Below the pieces are notes generated by a model. That model searched no databases. It saw nothing but the letters and a program-made list of their open reading frames with translations, and was not told the DNA's origin. This document shows, piece by piece, positions 59,281-64,000 of a DNA stretch of 64,000 nucleotides. Where the stretch lies: contig RDOB01000002.1 of assembly GCA_011364965.1 (NCBI GenBank), positions 320,001 to 384,000 on the forward strand, read 5' to 3'. Made by a program: the position numbers and the translations under genes. Every line of letters begins with the position of its first letter. Position 1 is the stretch's first letter. The DNA comes from Candidatus Heimdallarchaeota archaeon. GTDB taxonomy: Archaea > Asgardarchaeota > Heimdallarchaeia > Hodarchaeales > Hodarchaeaceae.

Positions 59281-60234
59281 TTGAAATTTGACTTTAAAGA
59301 CCCATTAAAAGGCCTAGATCTCAAGCTTAAAATTTGCGACTCTCACGTTCATATTTGGGCTGTGGATGCATATCCTAAATTGGAAAAGTGGGCTGAACTA
59401 TTTGGTATAAAACGATTTTTAGGGATTGCTCAACCTGAAATTAAGAAGGGATTAGAAAAGAATGGAACTTCAGCAAACATAATTTTTGCATATTATATGC
59501 CTGTAGATGCATGGGCCCATTATGATATCCCGAAACTCCTTTCTGCAGTAGATGAAGCCATTAAATTTGGATATCCTGTTGTTAAAATGTGGTTTGGGCC
59601 AAGATTTTTAGATTTGACAAAATCAGAGAAAGAATTTTCAATCTCCTCCCCTAATTTTGATCCAGTATTTTCAAAAATTGAGGAACAGGATTTAATTGTT
59701 GACATTCACGTTGCTGATCCTGACTACTGGTATCAAACTACATATACAAATGTGAAGAAATACCGCACAAAGAAAACAGCTCTTAATGAATTCTGTTGCG
59801 TTTTAGAAAAACACCCGTCAATGAAAGCAATAAGTATTCATTTTGGAAGCCTTCCTGAAGATTTAAATTTACTTTCGAATATTTTGGAAAAGTTTCCTAA
59901 CCTTTCTATAGACACTGCCTCAACAAAATGGATGATACGGGAATTAGGTAAGAATCTTGAAGATAGTCGTGAGTTTATTCTAAATCATTCAGATCGGATA
60001 TTATTTGCGACAGATTTATCTGTAGGTTGGGGAGATCGTACTGATAATTATTATGCGTCACGGTATTGGTCACAGAGAATTTTCTGGGAAACTGATGTCA
60101 AAGGAATCGAATTACCATTCGATGATACTGACAATCCAAATCCTCCTACTTTGATAAACGGATTAAATCTACCTGTACCAATTCTTCAAAATATTTATTG
60201 GAAAAATGCTTTAGAGATTTTTAAAGAATTATAA
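59281..60234 (+). CDS. Amidohydrolase_2 family metal-dependent hydrolase
   Basis: DSHVH, IHVAD, IHFG, ILFATD. Confidence 0.88.
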   Translation: MKFDFKDPLKGLDLKLKICDSHVHIWAVDAYPKLEKWAELFGIKRFLGIAQPEIKKGLEKNGTSANIIFAYYMPVDAWAHYDIPKLLSAVDEAIKFGYPVVKMWFGPRFLDLTKSEKEFSISSPNFDPVFSKIEEQDLIVDIHVADPDYWYQTTYTNVKKYRTKKTALNEFCCVLEKHPSMKAISIHFGSLPEDLNLLSNILEKFPNLSIDTASTKWMIRELGKNLEDSREFILNHSDRILFATDLSVGWGDRTDNYYASRYWSQRIFWETDVKGIELPFDDTDNPNPPTLINGLNLPVPILQNIYWKNALEIFKEL

Positions 60235-60244
60235 ACTCAATAAC

Positions 60245-61699
60245 TTAAGATTCAATGTTTAGGATCTCTTTTACCATTTCAATTTTCTTATCTATGTTTG
60301 CTTGACGAGAAATCATTATTCTTTGGGCTTGTGGAGAACCTGCACCATGTAGAGACTCTGTTTTATAGCTAACCGCCGCTACACCCATTACCAAATTTTC
60401 TATAAACCTAAACAGGCTAAATCGATCCCTCGGAGACACAGATTCACATGTTGATAAATATTTATTTAATATAGGCCCAATTTCTGAATCATTTAAGTCA
60501 AGTTCACTTGGCATTGTACATATAATGCCCCCTGCTAGATCTTCTGCTAATCTGCCAATTTCATAGGGAAACCGTGTTACATTTTGTTTATTCACGTTTG
60601 CCAATAGCATATCCATTTCATAATTACCAGCTGGACGCTGTGAACCCTTAAGGCTGCAAGCCAATGCACAACACCATAAGGTTTCATTTAAATGAACCAT
60701 TTCAACTAATTTATCTCTGATATGAGAAGCTCGATGCACTCCATTATATTCAGCCGCTAATGCAGCCGCTCCTATTAGTACATCTCCTACACCGGTCTTA
60801 CAGGCATAAGATTGTCTGTGATATCCCGCAAAACGATTAACTAGATCCCCAGAGAACTCAATCTCCCCATTCATGAAAATTTGATTGGTGGGAATTACTA
60901 CATCATCAAAAATAACAAAAATTTCCTGACCACCAAATTTAAAATTCCCAATATCTAAGGTAGCTTCCTCCAGTTTTCTTTTATCACAGGATTGTCTACC
61001 ATAGACCATTGTAATTCCTTTTGCATTAGTATCGACTCCAAAACTAATAGCAAATTTCTCCTCTCCCTCTCTTAACGCTATCGTGGGCATTATAATTGCT
61101 CTGTGGGAATTTAAAAATCCGGTTTGGTGAACTTTTGCCCCCCGAACGACAATTTCATCATCATTTTCTTCTACGAGGTGTAAATATGCGTCAGGATTAG
61201 ATTGATTAATTGGTCTACCTCCTCTATCTCCTTTCGGATCAGTCATGCTTCCTGCTACAAATAAATCCTGCTTTTGCACCTCCTTCCAATATTCCTTAAA
61301 GTTGGTATGGTAATGCGTGCCATGATTTTGGTCTATTTCCCAACTCACACTAAAAAGAGCGTTTGCTGCGTCAAACCCAACACATCTTTGAAAGCAACAG
61401 GCAGTTTTTTGTCCAAGTAATCGTTGCATTTCAACTTTTTTAATCAAATCTTCAACCGATTGATGGATATGAGTAAATCGATTAATTGTTTCTCCAGTTA
61501 AATTGGATTTGGCAGTCATTAAATCTTTATATTCCTCTTGTTGAGCTAGTTCGTAGATTTTCTTTGCAGTATTGATTGAAGGTTCAATAATTTTGAAAAA
61601 AGGATGTTCCCAAAATCTTTTGATTTTTTCACCAAACATGAAAAGGGTTACTTCCCGTTTCAGGCTCTCAAAATATTCATCTGGAGTTTTTAGAGGCAT
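60245..61699 (-). CDS. abfD: 4-hydroxybutyryl-CoA dehydratase
   Basis: Fe-S ligand motifs CFQRCVG and HRQSYACK, TDPKGDR, HGAGSP. ATG at 61699 with an AGGTG SD. Confidence 0.88.
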   Translation of the reverse strand: MPLKTPDEYFESLKREVTLFMFGEKIKRFWEHPFFKIIEPSINTAKKIYELAQQEEYKDLMTAKSNLTGETINRFTHIHQSVEDLIKKVEMQRLLGQKTACCFQRCVGFDAANALFSVSWEIDQNHGTHYHTNFKEYWKEVQKQDLFVAGSMTDPKGDRGGRPINQSNPDAYLHLVEENDDEIVVRGAKVHQTGFLNSHRAIIMPTIALREGEEKFAISFGVDTNAKGITMVYGRQSCDKRKLEEATLDIGNFKFGGQEIFVIFDDVVIPTNQIFMNGEIEFSGDLVNRFAGYHRQSYACKTGVGDVLIGAAALAAEYNGVHRASHIRDKLVEMVHLNETLWCCALACSLKGSQRPAGNYEMDMLLANVNKQNVTRFPYEIGRLAEDLAGGIICTMPSELDLNDSEIGPILNKYLSTCESVSPRDRFSLFRFIENLVMGVAAVSYKTESLHGAGSPQAQRIMISRQANIDKKIEMVKEILNIES

Positions 61700-61823
61700 T
61701 TCTAACACCTTAAATTTATACACATAACTCAGTTTATTAATTATTTTGATGAAAGAATGTAAAGCGAAACTGCCAAAAATTCTTATTCACTTATTATGTG
61801 AAGGGATAATTATCTCAAAATAG

Positions 61824-62612
61824 ATGGTCAGAATGAACAATGAGTATTTGGAAATAGCCAAAATAGCAGCAAAAGAAGCTGGTGAGATTTTAAAGGAATA
61901 TTACGGTAAATTTCTCCACATTACTAGAAAAGAGGATGATAGCATTGTAACAGGAGCAGATTTGGCATCTGACTCTATTATAAGGAATATAATAAAAGAA
62001 AAGTATCCAAATCATTCGTTTCTAAGCGAGGAGAGCGGAAAAGAAGAGATATTATCGGATTATAAATGGATAATTGATCCATTAGATGGAACTACAAATT
62101 TTACCATTTTAAATCCATTTTTTGCAGTTTCAATTGGCTTAGTATTTAGAGATACTCCCCTCATAGGTGTAGTTTATTTTCCTCTCCAAAAGGAGATTTT
62201 TTATGCCATAAAAGGTAAAGGAGCGTTCTTGGAACATCAGGTTTTACAGGTTAATTCTGAAGCAAGTTTATCAAGCTCATTTATTACATACTGCAATGGA
62301 AGAGATCTTAATTCTCGAAAAAAAATTATAGAATTGTACTCCGAATTGAAATTAAGAAATAATCATGTAAGACAAATTGGAGCTGCAGCTTTAGAATTAG
62401 CCTATGTAGCCTCTGGGCGAACAGGGGCTTTCCTTTTGCCAGGTGTCAGTGCTTGGGATGTAATTGCTGGAGTTTTATTAGTTAAAGAATCCAAGGGAAT
62501 TACTACTGATTTCAATGGAAATCCGTTCTCATTAGAATCAAAAACCCTTTTAGCAGCCCCTCCAAAGCTACATAGTGAAATATTGGAAATTATCATGAAT
62601 CTCTCAAATTAA
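61824..62612 (+). CDS. Inositol monophosphatase family (SuhB-like)
   Basis: SEE, WIIDPLDGTTNF, WDVIAG. Confidence 0.93.
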   Translation: MVRMNNEYLEIAKIAAKEAGEILKEYYGKFLHITRKEDDSIVTGADLASDSIIRNIIKEKYPNHSFLSEESGKEEILSDYKWIIDPLDGTTNFTILNPFFAVSIGLVFRDTPLIGVVYFPLQKEIFYAIKGKGAFLEHQVLQVNSEASLSSSFITYCNGRDLNSRKKIIELYSELKLRNNHVRQIGAAALELAYVASGRTGAFLLPGVSAWDVIAGVLLVKESKGITTDFNGNPFSLESKTLLAAPPKLHSEILEIIMNLSN

Positions 62613-62662
62613 CACCTTTCAGCATATATAGAAAGTTAAAATTATGGATATGTTATAATAGT

Positions 62663-63625
62663 ATGTCAAAATACCCCAAAATTAAGGTTTATCTAATAAC
62701 TGGATTTCTAGGGACTGGGAAAACAACTTTAATCCAAAATCTATTACCTCATTTCAGGTCTTCTATCATTGGTGTACTTATTAATGAGTTTGGGGAAATT
62801 GGAATTGACAGTCAGCTTATTCCTTTGAATCCACCATCATTAATCGAGGTTATAGGGGGTTCAATATTTTGTCAATGTTGCCGAGAACATTTTCTGCAAG
62901 CATTGTTTAAATTCTCTACTTCCGCTATCGAAATATTACTCATAGAAACATCTGGTCTATCTGATCCCACTCCTTTCTTAATTGATTTTCAACTTGTTCA
63001 AGAGAAAACTAACGAGGCGTTTGAATACAAAGGTTGTATTTGTGTTGTAGATACACCTCGTTTTTTGGAGACACATGCAGCTTTGGATGTTGTTAATAAA
63101 CAAATAATAAGTTCAGAAATAGTTCTTATTAATAAAATCGATTTAGCAGATATTGATACAATTGAAAGGGTAAAAAACCAGATTTTAAACATTAAAGAAA
63201 ATCTAAATATTTACAAAACAACTTATTGTCAAATATTACTCGATTTTTTGAATCAGCTAGAAATGTCTCCCATTACTATTATAAATCGGGATTTTAGTAA
63301 TAGCTCAGTAACGACATCTCATATGGATATTAATCTTACCTCTATCACGCTATTAAATAGAAATAATTTATTATCTTTCCTTAATGCTATAGCTCCAAAA
63401 TCCAGAAGAATTAAAGGATTTGTAAGACTAGAAGATAATTATCTATACTATGTAGATTGTGTAGATCAGGAGATAAAGCTAGAAAAAAAGGATCTGAATA
63501 TTATAGAATCCAAAATAGTAGTAATTTTTTGTGAAGGGATTGATATTACAGAAATTTCTAGCGTTTTCGATAAGTGGGAAACCTTGATTGCTAGTTATTC
63601 AGGAAGAAGTGGAATGTCAAAATAG
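62663..63625 (+). CDS. CobW/COG0523 metallochaperone GTPase
   Basis: GFLGTGKTT, NEFGE, FCQCC, ETSG, NKID. Confidence 0.92.
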   Translation: MSKYPKIKVYLITGFLGTGKTTLIQNLLPHFRSSIIGVLINEFGEIGIDSQLIPLNPPSLIEVIGGSIFCQCCREHFLQALFKFSTSAIEILLIETSGLSDPTPFLIDFQLVQEKTNEAFEYKGCICVVDTPRFLETHAALDVVNKQIISSEIVLINKIDLADIDTIERVKNQILNIKENLNIYKTTYCQILLDFLNQLEMSPITIINRDFSNSSVTTSHMDINLTSITLLNRNNLLSFLNAIAPKSRRIKGFVRLEDNYLYYVDCVDQEIKLEKKDLNIIESKIVVIFCEGIDITEISSVFDKWETLIASYSGRSGMSK

Positions 63626-63999
63626 AATATAACTCCATTATCAATTTTACTTTCAACCCATATCTTTCCACCATGGGTTTCAATAATTTTTTTGACATTT
63701 GCAAGGCCAATACCACTTCCTGTGACACCTAAAGGATTGGGGATTCGTGTGAAAAGCTGAAAAATCTTGGAATGATATTTTTTAGGGATTCCTGTCCCCG
63801 TATCTTTAACATAAATTGTTACAAAGTCTTTTCGTTTTTCATACATACCAATTTTAATTTCTCGTTCCTTACTTTCACCCATGTATTTTATACTATTATC
63901 TATTAAATTATCAAAAACCTGTATGAAACGAGTTCGTTCAACATATACATCAGGTAGATCTTTTTCAATATTTACTTCAATATTTGAGGCCTGTAAGCT
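63595..63999 (-). CDS. Histidine kinase HATPase domain (5' truncated)
   Basis: Frame is open to the window end: QVFDNLIDNSIKY, DTGTGI, GSGIGL, HGGKIWVES. Confidence 0.92.
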   Translation of the reverse strand, partial: SLQASNIEVNIEKDLPDVYVERTRFIQVFDNLIDNSIKYMGESKEREIKIGMYEKRKDFVTIYVKDTGTGIPKKYHSKIFQLFTRIPNPLGVTGSGIGLANVKKIIETHGGKIWVESKIDNGVIFYFDIPLLPE

Positions 64000-64000
64000 T

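Noticed and set aside
1108-63192. Many 60-130 aa antisense or out-of-frame ORFs in the track (e.g. 9733..10083, 10370..10756, 46868..47242, 55008..55295)
   Set aside because: They lie within well-supported genes and have no motifs; treated as shadow ORFs.
1-64000. CRISPR arrays, transposases, integrases, prophage genes
   Set aside because: No repeat-spacer periodicity or recognisable mobile-element proteins were seen.

Overview
AT-rich, gene-dense archaeal chromosomal segment. Archaeal markers are RadA, Cdc6/Orc1, Taw1 and a RIO1 kinase. Several eukaryote-like domains point to an Asgard archaeon, possibly Heimdallarchaeia/Hodarchaeales (inference, not a database result). The largest block is an 11-gene membrane-bound group 4 [NiFe]-hydrogenase operon in complex I-like order, flanked by hypF, hycI, hypC and hypE. 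The rest is mostly housekeeping and metabolic genes. No rRNA, tRNA, CRISPR array or mobile element was seen. Main candidates for undescribed systems: (1) a two-pass membrane protein with an RGG tail, extracellular GOLD/p24-like domains, zinc ribbons and a C-terminal C4C4 RING-like finger, coupled to a CBS/4-TM gene; (2) a response-regulator receiver fused to a folliculin/uDENN-like longin domain; (3) an M48 protease with an EF-hand inserted in its catalytic domain, next to a P2A Ca2+-ATPase; (4) a paralogous small-domain gene pair with a long acidic disordered tail; (5) a DRG-family GTPase with altered G1/G3/G4 motifs; (6) a long coiled-coil/wHTH protein beside a MoxR-vWA pair. All domain calls are by-eye motif recognition and need HMM or structure confirmation.
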